Shown here: positions 21,125-31,335 of the stretch, one piece after another
Layout of the letters: each line of letters opens with the position of its first letter
Numbering within the stretch: position 1 is the stretch's first letter
Assembly: GCA_019119355.1 (NCBI GenBank)
Contig: DWXE01000010.1
Coordinates: 77,238 to 141,237, forward strand
Length of the DNA stretch: 64,000 bases
DNA from: Candidatus Eisenbergiella merdigallinarum
GTDB taxonomy: Bacteria; Bacillota; Clostridia; Lachnospirales; Lachnospiraceae
Direction: 5' to 3'
The notes under the pieces: generated by a model
The model's input: only the letters and a program-made list of their open reading frames with translations
Databases searched by the model: none
Told to the model about the DNA's origin: nothing
Translations under genes and position numbers: made by a program

Positions 21125-22509
21125 TGGAACGCAAAAACGCCTGGAAAGGATATGATGAGCAGAAGATGGCGCAGGTGGATGCGCTGGCAAAGGAGTACAT
21201 GCAGTTTCTGGACGCTTCCAAAACGGAGCGGGAATGCGTGGACGCGATCGTGAACGAAATCGAGGCCGCCGGATACCGGGAGCTCTCCGTCCTGAAGAAG
21301 GAAGGAGGGAAGCTCTCCGTCGGGGATAAGGTCTATGAGGTCCTCATGAACAAATCCATCGTGCTGTTCCAGCTGGGCAGCAAACCGATGGTGGAGGGCA
21401 TGAATATCCTGGGCGCCCACATCGATTCCCCCAGGCTGGACGTGAAGCAGAACCCCCTGTATGAGGATTCCGATTTCGCCCTGCTGGATACCCATTATTA
21501 CGGCGGCGTGAAAAAATACCAGTGGGTGACCCTGCCCCTGGCGATCCACGGCGTGGTGGTCAAAAAGGACGGCACCACCGTGGAAGTCAACGTGGGGGAA
21601 AACGAGGACGATCCGGTCTTCTTCATTTCCGATCTGCTGATTCATCTGGCGGGAGAGCAGATGGAGAAGAAGGCGGCGAAGGTGATCGAAGGGGAAGCGC
21701 TGGATATCATCGTCGGCAGCAAACCCCTTGCGGGCGAAGAAAAGGATGCGGTGAAAGCCGGCATCTTAAAGCTGCTCTCCGAATCCTACGATATCGAAGA
21801 GGAGGATTTCCTTTCCGCGGAGCTGGAAGTGGTCCCCGCGGGCAAAACCAGGGAAGCGGGATTCGACCGGAGCATGATCCTGGGATACGGGCAGGACGAC
21901 AGGGTCTGCGCTTATACGTCGTTAAAGGCCATGCTGGAGATCGGGCAGACCGAACGCACCGCGTGCTGCATCCTGGTGGATAAGGAAGAGATCGGCAGCG
22001 TGGGCGCGACGGGAATGCAGTCCAGATTTTTCGAAAATACGGTGGCGGAGCTGCTGGATCTGTGCGGGGAGTACAGCGAGCTGAACCTCAGAAGATGCCT
22101 GGCGGCGTCCAACATGCTCTCCTCCGACGTGAGCGCGGCCTTCGATCCTTCCTACGCGTCCGCCTTCGAAAAGAAGAACGCCGCGTTCTTCGGCAGAGGG
22201 ATGGTGTTCAACAAGTTCACCGGCGCCAGGGGAAAATCCGGCTCCAACGACGCCAATGCGGAATACATGGCTCACATCCGTTCCATCATGGACGGCGCAG
22301 AGGTGGTCTACCAGACCGCTGAGCTGGGCAAGGTAGACGTGGGCGGCGGCGGGACCATTGCTTACATCCTGGCTCTGTACGGCATGAACGTGATCGACTG
22401 CGGCGTGGCCGTGCTGTCCATGCACGCGCCCTGGGAAGCCACCAGCAAGGCGGATATTTATGAGACGAAATGCGGCTATAAGGCCTTCCTGGAGAAAGCG
22501 TGCCTGTGA
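21124..22509 (+). CDS. M18 family aminopeptidase
   Basis: [50 protein letters not shown]. Confidence 0.94.
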   Translation: MERKNAWKGYDEQKMAQVDALAKEYMQFLDASKTERECVDAIVNEIEAAGYRELSVLKKEGGKLSVGDKVYEVLMNKSIVLFQLGSKPMVEGMNILGAHIDSPRLDVKQNPLYEDSDFALLDTHYYGGVKKYQWVTLPLAIHGVVVKKDGTTVEVNVGENEDDPVFFISDLLIHLAGEQMEKKAAKVIEGEALDIIVGSKPLAGEEKDAVKAGILKLLSESYDIEEEDFLSAELEVVPAGKTREAGFDRSMILGYGQDDRVCAYTSLKAMLEIGQTERTACCILVDKEEIGSVGATGMQSRFFENTVAELLDLCGEYSELNLRRCLAASNMLSSDVSAAFDPSYASAFEKKNAAFFGRGMVFNKFTGARGKSGSNDANAEYMAHIRSIMDGAEVVYQTAELGKVDVGGGGTIAYILALYGMNVIDCGVAVLSMHAPWEATSKADIYETKCGYKAFLEKACL

Positions 22510-22520
22510 TGGGAGATGCC

Positions 22521-23555
22521 ATGGAAGGGCTGAAAACATCCGATTATGCGTTTGACCTCCCTCAGGAGCTGATCGCGCAGGATCCTCTGACCGACCGGTC
22601 CGCCTCCAGGCTTCTGGTGCTGGACCGGAGGACCGGGAAGACGGAGCACAGGGGATTCCGGGATATCCTGCAGTATCTGCGCCCCGGGGACTGCCTGGTG
22701 CTCAACGACACCAGGGTGATCCCCGCCCGGCTGCTGGGGGGCAAGGAGGATACGAAGGCCGCGGTGGAGATCCTTTTGCTCAAACGCCGGGAAAAGGACG
22801 TCTGGGAAGCGCTGGTCAGGCCCGGGAAAAAGCTTCGTCCCGGGGCCAGGGTGACCTTCGGGGACGGACGGCTGCGGGCGGAAATCCTGGACGTGGTGGA
22901 AGAGGGCAACCGGCTGGTGCAGTTTTCCTATGAGGGGATCTGGGAAGAAGTGCTGGATTCCCTGGGAGAAATGCCCCTACCTCCCTATATCACCCACAAG
23001 CTTCAGGATAAAAACCGCTATCAGACCGTCTATGCCAGATACGAGGGATCGGCCGCTGCGCCCACCGCCGGGCTGCACTTCACGCAGGAGCTGCTGGCGC
23101 AGGTGGAAGAGATGGGCGTGGAGCTGGCTTACGTGACCTTGCATGTGGGGTTGGGAACCTTTCGCCCTGTCAAGGTGGACAATGTGAAGGAACACCATAT
23201 GCATTCCGAGTTTTACAGGATCACGAAGGAAGCGGCGGAGCGGATCAACCGGGCGAAGGAGAGCGGGCATCGCGTCATCTGCGTGGGGACCACCAGCTGC
23301 CGCACCGTGGAAAGCGCCGCGGATGAGAACGGCAGGCTTTCGGCCTGCAGCGGGAATACGGATATCTTCATCTATCCGGGATACCGGTTTAAGGTGCTGG
23401 ACGGGCTGATCACCAACTTTCATCTGCCCGAATCCACCCTGGTCATGCTGGTATCGGCCCTGGCGGGACGGGAACAGGTCCTTTCCGCCTATCGGGAGGC
23501 CATCCGGGAAAGATACCGCTTTTTTTCCTTCGGGGACGCCATGCTGATCCTTTGA
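22521..23555 (+). CDS. queA: SAM:tRNA ribosyltransferase-isomerase
   Basis: [63 protein letters not shown]. Confidence 0.97.
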   Translation: MEGLKTSDYAFDLPQELIAQDPLTDRSASRLLVLDRRTGKTEHRGFRDILQYLRPGDCLVLNDTRVIPARLLGGKEDTKAAVEILLLKRREKDVWEALVRPGKKLRPGARVTFGDGRLRAEILDVVEEGNRLVQFSYEGIWEEVLDSLGEMPLPPYITHKLQDKNRYQTVYARYEGSAAAPTAGLHFTQELLAQVEEMGVELAYVTLHVGLGTFRPVKVDNVKEHHMHSEFYRITKEAAERINRAKESGHRVICVGTTSCRTVESAADENGRLSACSGNTDIFIYPGYRFKVLDGLITNFHLPESTLVMLVSALAGREQVLSAYREAIRERYRFFSFGDAMLIL

Positions 23556-23603
23556 GCGAAACCGGGGGAAGGGATTCAAAGAGGAGAAGGAATGGAGGAA
23601 ATT

Positions 23604-23951
23604 ATGGAAAAGAAACGGATGGAACGGATTGCGGAAAAGACCCGCCGCCTGATGGAAGCGCCCACCTGCGCGGGGGAGCTAAAGGAAGCCGCGCAGCGGT
23701 GGCTCGACAGCGTCGGGACGGAGACGGAAGCGGAGGAGACGAAAGCGTATCTGAAGGAGGATATCATGCCCATCGAGCAGCTCATCGGCTTTGCGGAATC
23801 CGAAGGGGGAAAGGCCTATTTTGGCGCGGATACCGCCGCCGGAATCGCGGCCCACGCCCGCGAAATCCAGGCGGCCGGAGCCCGCTACTGCGATTGCCCG
23901 GCCTGCGCTCTCGTGGAAGAGATTCTGGCTGAGGAAGAAGGAATGCTGTAA
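23604..23951 (+). CDS. Small Cys-motif protein (family often loosely annotated as Hsp90-like)
   Basis: APTC near the N-terminus and YCDCPAC at the C-terminus; SD GGAGG. Confidence 0.7.
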   Translation: MEKKRMERIAEKTRRLMEAPTCAGELKEAAQRWLDSVGTETEAEETKAYLKEDIMPIEQLIGFAESEGGKAYFGADTAAGIAAHAREIQAAGARYCDCPACALVEEILAEEEGML

Positions 23952-23978
23952 AGAAAGAATCCCGCAGGTGGGATTCTC

Positions 23979-24031
23979 CGCCGCCGTCGGCCATGGTCCC
24001 GGAACCGGGCCAGCTGACGGCGGCGTTTTTT
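23979..24031 (+). terminator. Rho-independent terminator
   Basis: CGCCGCCGTCGGC...GCTGACGGCGGCG followed by T6. Confidence 0.7.
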
Positions 24032-24261
24032 GCGCGATACGCCCGGAGGGCGATCGCCGTGCCTGCACGGGCGGGCATCCGACGGGCAACGGACATCGAG
24101 CGGCTATGCCGCGAGATGCCCGGAGTATCGCGGGAACGGATCCGGCCGGAACGGAAAATGACAGGAAAATATTAAGAAATGCTTTACAATTCCTTCTGCG
24201 ACAGATTCCGGGGAATCTGCTAATATAATGGATAGAAAAAGGACATCGGAGGGGATTGCGG

Positions 24262-24990
24262 ATGAGAAAAGAAAAATTGACCGTAAGAAAGCTGTTCTGG
24301 CTTTTTTTATTGGCGTCGTTTCTGGGCGCCGTGGCGGAAATCGCGTTCTGTTTTTTGACCACGGGACACTTTATGAGCCGGAGCAGCCTGGTGATCGGGC
24401 AGTTCAGTCTGGTCTGGGGGCTGGGAGTCGTCCTTTTTACGCTGGCGCTGAAATGGATGGGAAATCCCACGGACCGCGCGCTCTTTTTTGCGGGGACCCT
24501 GATGGGCGGCATTTTCGAATATCTCTGCAGCCTGGCGACGGAAGCGCTTTTTGGAGGGGTGTTCTGGGATTACAGCCGCTTTCGGCTCAACCTCGGGGGC
24601 AGGATCAACCTGCTGTTCTGCATTGGCTGGGGCGCGGTGGCCATCGCGTGGGCCAGGGTCCTTTATCCCCGGCTGTCCGTCAGGGTGGAGCGGATCGCCA
24701 ACCGTGCGGGACGGCTGGTGACGGCGGCGCTGGCGCTGTTTATGATAGGAAACGCGCTCCTTTCCACGGTGGCTCTGGACCGCTATATGGAACGGCAGAA
24801 AGGGCACGTACAGGAGGATACGGAAATGGACGCCGTGATGGATCTCTGTTTCCCGGACAGCCGGATGGAGGCGCGCTATCCCAGCCTGAAAATCCGGCAG
24901 AAAGACGGGACTTTGACCTATCCGGGAGAGGCGGGCGATACCACCCTGAAAAATGCGGTGAGCCTCCGGGAAGGGCGGAATCGCACATGA
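24262..24990 (+). CDS. CmpB/TMEM229-like putative ABC transporter permease
   Basis: FLGAVAE, GQFSLVWGLG, EYLCS, FWDYS...NLGGRI...WG, FPDSRMEARYP. Confidence 0.8.
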   Translation: MRKEKLTVRKLFWLFLLASFLGAVAEIAFCFLTTGHFMSRSSLVIGQFSLVWGLGVVLFTLALKWMGNPTDRALFFAGTLMGGIFEYLCSLATEALFGGVFWDYSRFRLNLGGRINLLFCIGWGAVAIAWARVLYPRLSVRVERIANRAGRLVTAALALFMIGNALLSTVALDRYMERQKGHVQEDTEMDAVMDLCFPDSRMEARYPSLKIRQKDGTLTYPGEAGDTTLKNAVSLREGRNRT

Positions 24991-25005
24991 CGGGAGAATG
25001 AAAAA

Positions 25006-25431
25006 ATGGAATTTCGGATCGAGGTGCCTTCCAAAAAGGAAGAACGGGAAATCGACGACGAGCTTATGATACATAACCTGAAATGCGTTCCTCCTGCGCA
25101 GGAGGAGCCGTTTGTAAAAATCTGCCGCTGCGCCAAAGCGCCGGACGGCTCCCTGGCGGGCGGCGTCCTGGCCTGCAGCGTCCTGTGGAACATCCTTTAC
25201 GTGGAAGCGGTCTGGGTGAGGGAGGACTGCAGGGGACGGCGCCTGGCCACGAGGCTTCTGGATGAGGTGGAGGCCGAAGCGAAAGCTCTCGGCTGCCGCA
25301 TCGCCCAGCTGGATACCTATGATTTCCAGGCCAGGGAACTGTACGAGAAGCGGGGATACCGGGTATTCGGGACCCTGGAAAACGCTCCGGAGGGACACTC
25401 CCATTATTACCTGTTCAAGGAGCTCCTTTAG
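25006..25431 (+). CDS. GNAT family acetyltransferase
   Basis: LYVEAVWVREDCRGRRLA...LDTYDFQARELYEKRGY. Confidence 0.9.
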   Translation: MEFRIEVPSKKEEREIDDELMIHNLKCVPPAQEEPFVKICRCAKAPDGSLAGGVLACSVLWNILYVEAVWVREDCRGRRLATRLLDEVEAEAKALGCRIAQLDTYDFQARELYEKRGYRVFGTLENAPEGHSHYYLFKELL

Positions 25432-25546
25432 ACCGCGTGGCTGGATGAACTGTCGCTTTTTTCTTGGAAAAAATCAAATTTTTTGTGGATTTTTTTCTCC
25501 GGAGTGTTTATAATGGAAGAAAGTTGGAAACAGGAGGAACTGTTCT

Positions 25547-25885
25547 ATGAAAATGATTTTCGCGATGCTGCATTCGGAGGATGTGGACGAAACCGTAGAG
25601 GAGCTGAACAAGGAAAAATACTGGGTTACGAAACTTTCCACCACAGGCGGCTTTTTGAAGAATAAGAACGTGACACTGGTAATCGGTACGGAAGACGAGA
25701 ACGTGCCCGGGGCGGTCAAGATCCTGAAGGAATGCGCGGGGGCGCGTCAGTCCGTCAAGTATACGATGCCTTCCATGTCTTCCGGGAGCATGGGCCCGGG
25801 AGCGAATTCCATGATCCCCATCGACATGCAGGTGGGCGGATGCACGGTTTTCGTCGTGGACGTGGATCAGTACGAGAAGTTCTGA
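25547..25885 (+). CDS. darA: Cyclic-di-AMP receptor, PII-like (DarA/PstA family)
   Basis: MKMIFAML, TKLSTTGGFL, NVTLVIG, VGGCTVFV. Confidence 0.85.
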   Translation: MKMIFAMLHSEDVDETVEELNKEKYWVTKLSTTGGFLKNKNVTLVIGTEDENVPGAVKILKECAGARQSVKYTMPSMSSGSMGPGANSMIPIDMQVGGCTVFVVDVDQYEKF

Positions 25886-25913
25886 GGACGTGGAGAGATC
25901 AGGAGAGATCATG

Positions 25914-25967
25914 AGGACAGACCGGAAAACCCTGTCGGAACAGGGAAACGGGTCTGTCTTTATTTTT
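25914..25967 (+). terminator. Terminator after darA
   Basis: AGGACAGACC...GGTCTGTCTT followed by a T-rich tract. Confidence 0.6.
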
Positions 25968-25998
25968 GTAAAGTTTTTCTAAAAAGTGGGAAGAGTAT

Positions 25999-26035
25999 TT
26001 GTAATTTCCCAAAGGATGCTATATAATTCCTTTGG
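25999..26035 (+). promoter_or_regulatory. sufCB promoter with an inverted repeat around the -10
   Basis: TTGTAA-17-TATAAT; CCAAAGGA-N11-TCCTTTGG. Confidence 0.6.
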
Positions 26036-26086
26036 ACCGCATCGCGGCCCATGTACGGGGGAGAAAACAGTTTGGAGGACATTTGA

Positions 26087-26818
26087 ATGCTCGAATTACG
26101 CAATGTTTCCTTCGGCGTGTCGGAAGAGCGCGGACAGAAGGAAATTCTGAAAAATATCAGTTTTCAGCTGGAAGACAATCAGTTTACGGTTATCACGGGC
26201 CCCAACGGCGGGGGAAAATCCACCCTGGCGAAGGTGATCGCGGGAATCGAGAAGCCTACCAGCGGTCAGATTTTCTGGAACGGGGAAGACATCACGGAAA
26301 AGTCCGTCACCGAGCGGGCGCGGATGGGGATCAGCTACGCGTTCCAGCAGCCGGTACGGTTTAAGGGGATCACGGTCTTCGACCTGATCCAGCTGGCCAG
26401 CGGCAGCAAAGTGACGGTGGAGGAGGCATGCCGTTACCTTTCCGAGGTGGGGCTGTGCGCGAAGGACTATGTGCGCCGCGAGGTGAACGCCAGCCTTTCC
26501 GGCGGGGAGCTCAAACGGATCGAGATCGCCACCGTCATGGCCAGGGACGCCCAGATGACCCTGTTCGACGAGCCGGAAGCGGGCATCGACCTGTGGAGCT
26601 TTCAGAAGCTGATCTCCGTTTTCGAGAAGATGCACGATTCCGGGAGCCATAAGTCCATCCTCATCATTTCCCACCAGGAGCGGATTTTGAACATCGCGGA
26701 TGAGATCATGATGATCGCGGACGGCCAGCTGACGGCCAGGGGGAAAAAGGAGGAGATCCTTCCCGGCATCCTCTCCAAAACCGCGGGCTGCGGCTGCATT
26801 TACAGGACACAGGACTGA
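26087..26818 (+). CDS. sufC: SufC-like ABC ATPase
   Basis: GPNGGGKST, AFQQPVRFKG, LSGGELKRIE, FDEPEAGID, IISHQ; adjacent to SufB/D. Confidence 0.85.
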   Translation: MLELRNVSFGVSEERGQKEILKNISFQLEDNQFTVITGPNGGGKSTLAKVIAGIEKPTSGQIFWNGEDITEKSVTERARMGISYAFQQPVRFKGITVFDLIQLASGSKVTVEEACRYLSEVGLCAKDYVRREVNASLSGGELKRIEIATVMARDAQMTLFDEPEAGIDLWSFQKLISVFEKMHDSGSHKSILIISHQERILNIADEIMMIADGQLTARGKKEEILPGILSKTAGCGCIYRTQD

Positions 26819-26839
26819 AGAAAGGGCAGGGATTTTACG

Positions 26840-27757
26840 ATGAATCAGATTACACAGCAGATTCTGGAGGAAGTGGCCCAGCTCCACGGGATTCCGGAAG
26901 GCGCTTACAATATCAGGGAAAACGGGAAGAGCGTGGGGAGAAGTTCCACCGAGGAGATCCAGATCGAGACGAGAGCGGATCAGAAGGGCATCGAAGTGAG
27001 GATCCGTCCGGGGACGAAGAACAGGAGCGTCCACATTCCGGTGGTCATCAGCCAGTCCGGGCTGGAAGAGGTGGTCTACAACGACTTTTACATCGGGGAC
27101 GACTGCGACGTGACCATCATCGCGGGCTGCGGGATTCACAACGCGGGGAGCGACGCCAGCCGGCATGACGGCGTGCACAGCTTTTTCATCGGGAAAAACG
27201 CCAGGGTGAAATACGTGGAAAAGCATTACGGATCCGGTGACGGCAACGGGGAGAGGATCATGAACCCGGAGACCATCGTGGACATGGATGAAAACAGCTA
27301 CATGGAGATGGACACGGTTCAGATCAGGGGGGTGGATTCCACCGTTCGCAAAACCGACGCCCATCTGAAGGACGGAGCCCGGCTGGTGGTGATGGAGAGG
27401 CTGATGACCCACGGAAAGCAGAGGGCGGAGAGTTACTTCAACGTGTACTGCGACGGGCAGGACAGCGGGGCCAACGTGGTTTCCCGTTCCGTGGCGAGGG
27501 AGGAGTCCTACCAGAAGTTCTGTTCCAGGCTGATCGGAAACGCGGCCTGCAGCGGGCATACGGAATGCGACGCCATCATCATGGACAGCGCGAAAATCAG
27601 CGCCATTCCGGAACTGGAAGCGAACCATCCGGACGCGGCCCTGATCCATGAAGCGGCCATCGGGAAGATCGCCGGGGAGCAGATCGTCAAGCTGATGACG
27701 CTGGGCCTGACGGAGGAAGAGGCGGAGGAGAAGATCGTGGAAGGGTTCCTGCGCTGA
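26840..27757 (+). CDS. sufB: SufB/SufD family Fe-S assembly protein
   Basis: GAYNIRENG, IAGCGIH, HDGVH, GHTECDAI, LIHEAAIGKIAGEQ, IVEGFL. Confidence 0.85.
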   Translation: MNQITQQILEEVAQLHGIPEGAYNIRENGKSVGRSSTEEIQIETRADQKGIEVRIRPGTKNRSVHIPVVISQSGLEEVVYNDFYIGDDCDVTIIAGCGIHNAGSDASRHDGVHSFFIGKNARVKYVEKHYGSGDGNGERIMNPETIVDMDENSYMEMDTVQIRGVDSTVRKTDAHLKDGARLVVMERLMTHGKQRAESYFNVYCDGQDSGANVVSRSVAREESYQKFCSRLIGNAACSGHTECDAIIMDSAKISAIPELEANHPDAALIHEAAIGKIAGEQIVKLMTLGLTEEEAEEKIVEGFLR

Positions 27758-27784
27758 AAGGAAAAAGCGAAGATCGGGAAAGAT

Positions 27785-28294
27785 TCAGGAGGAGGAAACT
27801 GCGGTTTCCTCCTCTGCGATTACGGTGACGCCTTCCCCTTCCGGGATGCGTCCCTGCAGGAGGACGGCGATGTAGTTCACCTGCTCCATGGCCCGGGTAT
27901 AGTTCTCGCGGGCGGCGTTCAAAGCCGGCCCCCCGGCTCCGCCGTCTTCAAGGGCGATGCGGTAGAGGCGGCTGGCTTCTTCCATGTAGGCGGCCGCGTC
28001 GTCCGCCAGTTCGTCCACGTTTCCCACCCGTTCCTCCATTTTGGGAGGGACTTCGATGGCCGCCAGCTGATCGAACAGCCCGGACATCTCTTCCAGCTGC
28101 TCCTGTACCGCTTCCCCGGCGTTCTCATCGGAGGGTTCGATGGCTTCTAACGCGCTGACCGAGTCGGTCAAACCATCGTAAAACAGATCCATTTCCTCAT
28201 GAAAAGCGGTCAGCCGCCCGTCCTTTCCGCAGCCGGTGCACAGCGCCAGGCAGGCGGCTGCCAGTACAAAAAATCCTCTTTTCTCCCAGCCCAT
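27785..28294 (-). CDS. Hypothetical lipoprotein
   Basis: Lipobox-like LCTGC after a hydrophobic leader; helical acidic body. Confidence 0.7.
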   Translation of the reverse strand: MGWEKRGFFVLAAACLALCTGCGKDGRLTAFHEEMDLFYDGLTDSVSALEAIEPSDENAGEAVQEQLEEMSGLFDQLAAIEVPPKMEERVGNVDELADDAAAYMEEASRLYRIALEDGGAGGPALNAARENYTRAMEQVNYIAVLLQGRIPEGEGVTVIAEEETAVSSS

Positions 28295-28437
28295 TTCCTT
28301 TTTTCTCCCGTTTTTGCCAAAAAGTTACCATCAAATTATCATATCCGCTTCCAAAAAGCAAGTTGTCAAGTGCCGCTTCCTTTTTTCCCGCATCCGTGCT
28401 AAAATACTAGAATATTCTGTATTGATGGAGAAATGAG

Positions 28438-30894
28438 ATGACCAGAGAAGAATTCAGGAAACGGATATCCGGGGGGCTGTTGTTTCTGGACGGGGCTACG
28501 GGTTCCAATCTGCAAAAATGCGGTATGCCGCCGGGGGTGTGCCCGGAGCAGTGGATCGCGGAGAATCCCGGACATCTGATCCGCCTGCAGCAGGACTATG
28601 TCAGGGCGGGGAGCGATCTGATTTACGCGCCGACTTTTTCCGCCAACCGGATCAAGCTGCGGGAGTACGGGCTCGAGGGCCGGATCCGGGAGCTCAACCG
28701 CAGGCTCGTGGAGCTGTCCCGGGAAGCGGCGGGGGACGGCGTGCTGGTGGCCGGGGATCTGACCATGACTGGAGAGCAGCTGGCGCCCCTGGGGAAACTG
28801 GATTTCGAAGAACTGGTGGAGGTCTACCGGGAGCAGGGAAGCTGTCTTTCCGAGGCGGGAGTGGATCTGTTCGTGGTGGAGACCATGATGAGCCTTCAGG
28901 AATCCCGGGCGGCGCTGATCGCCCTCCGGGAGAGCTTTCCCGATATGCCTGTGATGGTGACCATGACGTTTCAGGCGGACGGCCGGAGTTTGTTTGGCAC
29001 GGATGCGGGGACGGCCGCGGTGGTGCTGGAAAGCCTGGGGGCGGACGCCATCGGCGCCAACTGTTCCACCGGGCCGGCGGGAATGGAGGCGGTGATCCGA
29101 AAGATGGCCGAAGTCTCATCGCTGCCGCTGATCGCAAAACCCAACGCCGGCCTTCCCGCTCTGGACGGAAACGGCCAGACCGTTTACGGGATGGGGCCGG
29201 AGGAGTTTGGTGCGGAAATGGAGATTTTGCGCAGGGCGGGAGCCTCCCTTCTGGGCGGCTGCTGCGGGACGACGCCGGATCACATCCGCCGGCTGAAGGA
29301 AGGGATGGCGGGAAAGGCCCCCGGGAAAAGGAGGCCTTCGGCGAAGCGCTTCCTGTCTTCCGAACGGTCCCTGCTGGAATTCGGCCTGAACGACCCGTTT
29401 CTGATCGTGGGAGAGCGGATCAACCCCACGGGCAAAAAGAAGCTGCAGGAGCAGCTCAGACAGGGGAATTTCGAGATGGTGACGCAGTTCGCCCAGGAGC
29501 AGGAAGCCTGCGGCGCCGCGGTTCTGGACGTGAATCTGGGCATGAACGGAATCGATGAAAAGCAGGCCATGCTCCGGGCGCTGGAGGAGATCGGTGAGGT
29601 GACGAACCTGCCGCTGTCCATCGATTCCAGCCATGTGGACGTGATGGAAGCGGCGCTGCGGCGCTATCCGGGCAGGGCGCTGATCAATTCCATTTCTCTG
29701 GAAACGGGCAAATCGGAACAGCTGCTGGCGCTGGCGAAGAAGTACGGAGCCATGTTCATCCTGCTGCCCCTGTCGGACAGAGGCCTTCCCGAAACCGCGG
29801 AGGAGAAGATCGCCATCATCGACGAGCTGGTGGACAGGGCGAAGGCGGCGGGCCTTCGCGACAGGGACATCGTGGTGGACGGCCTGGTCACCACGGTGGG
29901 GGCCAATCCGAAGGCGGCGCTGGAAACGCTGGAAACCATCCGCTATTGCAGGAACAGGGGGCTGGCTACGGCCTGCGGCCTCTCCAACATCTCCTTCGGC
30001 CTTCCGGAGCGGAGCTGTATCAATACGGCGTTTCTGACCATGGCCATTTCCGCCGGGCTGACCATGGCCATCGCCAATCCCGCTCAGGAGCTTATGACGG
30101 CGGCGGCCTTCGCATCCGATCTTCTGATGAACAAAAACGACGCCGCCATCCGCTATATCGACCGGGCGAAGGAAAAAAAGGGCGGGGAGGAAGCCCCTGC
30201 CGCGCAGAAGCCGCAGGAAAGGGGCGGACGGACGGGAACGCTGGAGCAGATCGGACAGGCGGTCTTGAAAGGCAACCGCGGCGGGATCGAAGCCCTCACC
30301 CGCCAGGCGCTGGAGGGCGGGGCGGATCCGCAGGAGATCTTAAGGGACTGGCTGATGCCCGCCATCGACGAGGTGGGAAACCTGTTCGATCAGGGAAAAT
30401 ATTTCCTGCCGCAGCTCATCGCGGGGGCGGAAGCCATGAAGCGTTCCATCGGGATCCTGGAGCCCCTGCTGCAGAAAGAGGGGCCGGCGCAGGGTGCTCC
30501 CGCGGTGGTTCTGGCCACCGTGGAGGGCGACATCCACGACATCGGGAAGAACCTGGTGGCGCTGATGATGAGAAACTACGGGTTTACGGTGATCGATCTG
30601 GGAAAGGACGTCCCAAAAGAGCGGATCGTGGAGGCGGCGCTGGAGCACGATGCGAAGATCATCGGCCTTTCCGCCCTGATGACCACCACCATGAAGGAGA
30701 TGAAAAACGTCATCGAATACGCCCGTAGCCGGGGCGTGACGGCGAAGATCATCGTGGGAGGTGCGGTGATCACCCCGGAATACGCGGAAGAAATTCACGC
30801 CGACGGCTATTCCCGGGACGCGGCGGAAGCGGTGCGCCTGGCCGGACGGCTTTTGGGGAGAACGGACGGAGCGGATCGCGGGGAGAACCCGTGA
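28438..30894 (+). CDS. metH: B12-dependent methionine synthase-like protein (Hcy, pterin, cap and B12 domains; no reactivation domain)
   Basis: LDGATGS, GANCS, GGCCGTTPDHI, GERINPTG, GLSNISFG, GDIHDIGKN, SALMTTT, VGGAV. Confidence 0.88.
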   Translation: MTREEFRKRISGGLLFLDGATGSNLQKCGMPPGVCPEQWIAENPGHLIRLQQDYVRAGSDLIYAPTFSANRIKLREYGLEGRIRELNRRLVELSREAAGDGVLVAGDLTMTGEQLAPLGKLDFEELVEVYREQGSCLSEAGVDLFVVETMMSLQESRAALIALRESFPDMPVMVTMTFQADGRSLFGTDAGTAAVVLESLGADAIGANCSTGPAGMEAVIRKMAEVSSLPLIAKPNAGLPALDGNGQTVYGMGPEEFGAEMEILRRAGASLLGGCCGTTPDHIRRLKEGMAGKAPGKRRPSAKRFLSSERSLLEFGLNDPFLIVGERINPTGKKKLQEQLRQGNFEMVTQFAQEQEACGAAVLDVNLGMNGIDEKQAMLRALEEIGEVTNLPLSIDSSHVDVMEAALRRYPGRALINSISLETGKSEQLLALAKKYGAMFILLPLSDRGLPETAEEKIAIIDELVDRAKAAGLRDRDIVVDGLVTTVGANPKAALETLETIRYCRNRGLATACGLSNISFGLPERSCINTAFLTMAISAGLTMAIANPAQELMTAAAFASDLLMNKNDAAIRYIDRAKEKKGGEEAPAAQKPQERGGRTGTLEQIGQAVLKGNRGGIEALTRQALEGGADPQEILRDWLMPAIDEVGNLFDQGKYFLPQLIAGAEAMKRSIGILEPLLQKEGPAQGAPAVVLATVEGDIHDIGKNLVALMMRNYGFTVIDLGKDVPKERIVEAALEHDAKIIGLSALMTTTMKEMKNVIEYARSRGVTAKIIVGGAVITPEYAEEIHADGYSRDAAEAVRLAGRLLGRTDGADRGENP

Positions 30895-30912
30895 GGAAAG
30901 GGGAATCTGATC

Positions 30913-31290
30913 GTGCAGGAAAATGAAAAAGTGCTGGAACTGATGAAAAAGCAGCTGTTTTTCACTCGGATTTTCGCGGCGGCGTGCTGCGCGCTGACCG
31001 TCGCCGTCCTGGCGGTGCTGATCCGGGTGATCCCGCCGCTTCTGGGCATGATGGACCAGGCCGTGACGGCCATGGATCAGGCGACCGCCACGCTGGAGAC
31101 GGTGGACGATACCCTGACGGATATCCAGGGGCTGTTCGGGGAGGACGGGCTGGTGGGACAGAGCAGCCGGGCGCTGGAAGAGGCCACGGACAAGATCAAC
31201 CGGATGGACATCGACAGCCTGAACCGGGCCATCGGGGACCTGGGGGACGTGGTGGAGCCGCTGGCGGATTTCTTCGGCAAATTCCGCTGA
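30913..31290 (+). CDS. Hypothetical membrane-anchored coiled-coil protein
   Basis: One TM helix followed by an amphipathic helical region; lies between metH and ilvB. Confidence 0.7.
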   Translation: MQENEKVLELMKKQLFFTRIFAAACCALTVAVLAVLIRVIPPLLGMMDQAVTAMDQATATLETVDDTLTDIQGLFGEDGLVGQSSRALEEATDKINRMDIDSLNRAIGDLGDVVEPLADFFGKFR

Positions 31291-31335
31291 GTTTTGGGGA
31301 GATCAGTTGATGGAGGATAAAGGAGGAAAAATGGT

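Noticed and set aside
24170-24192. TTAAG...TTTACA possible response-regulator box before the CmpB-like gene
   Set aside because: Half-sites match poorly and differ from the TTCAA-N6-TTTAAG box; too weak to call
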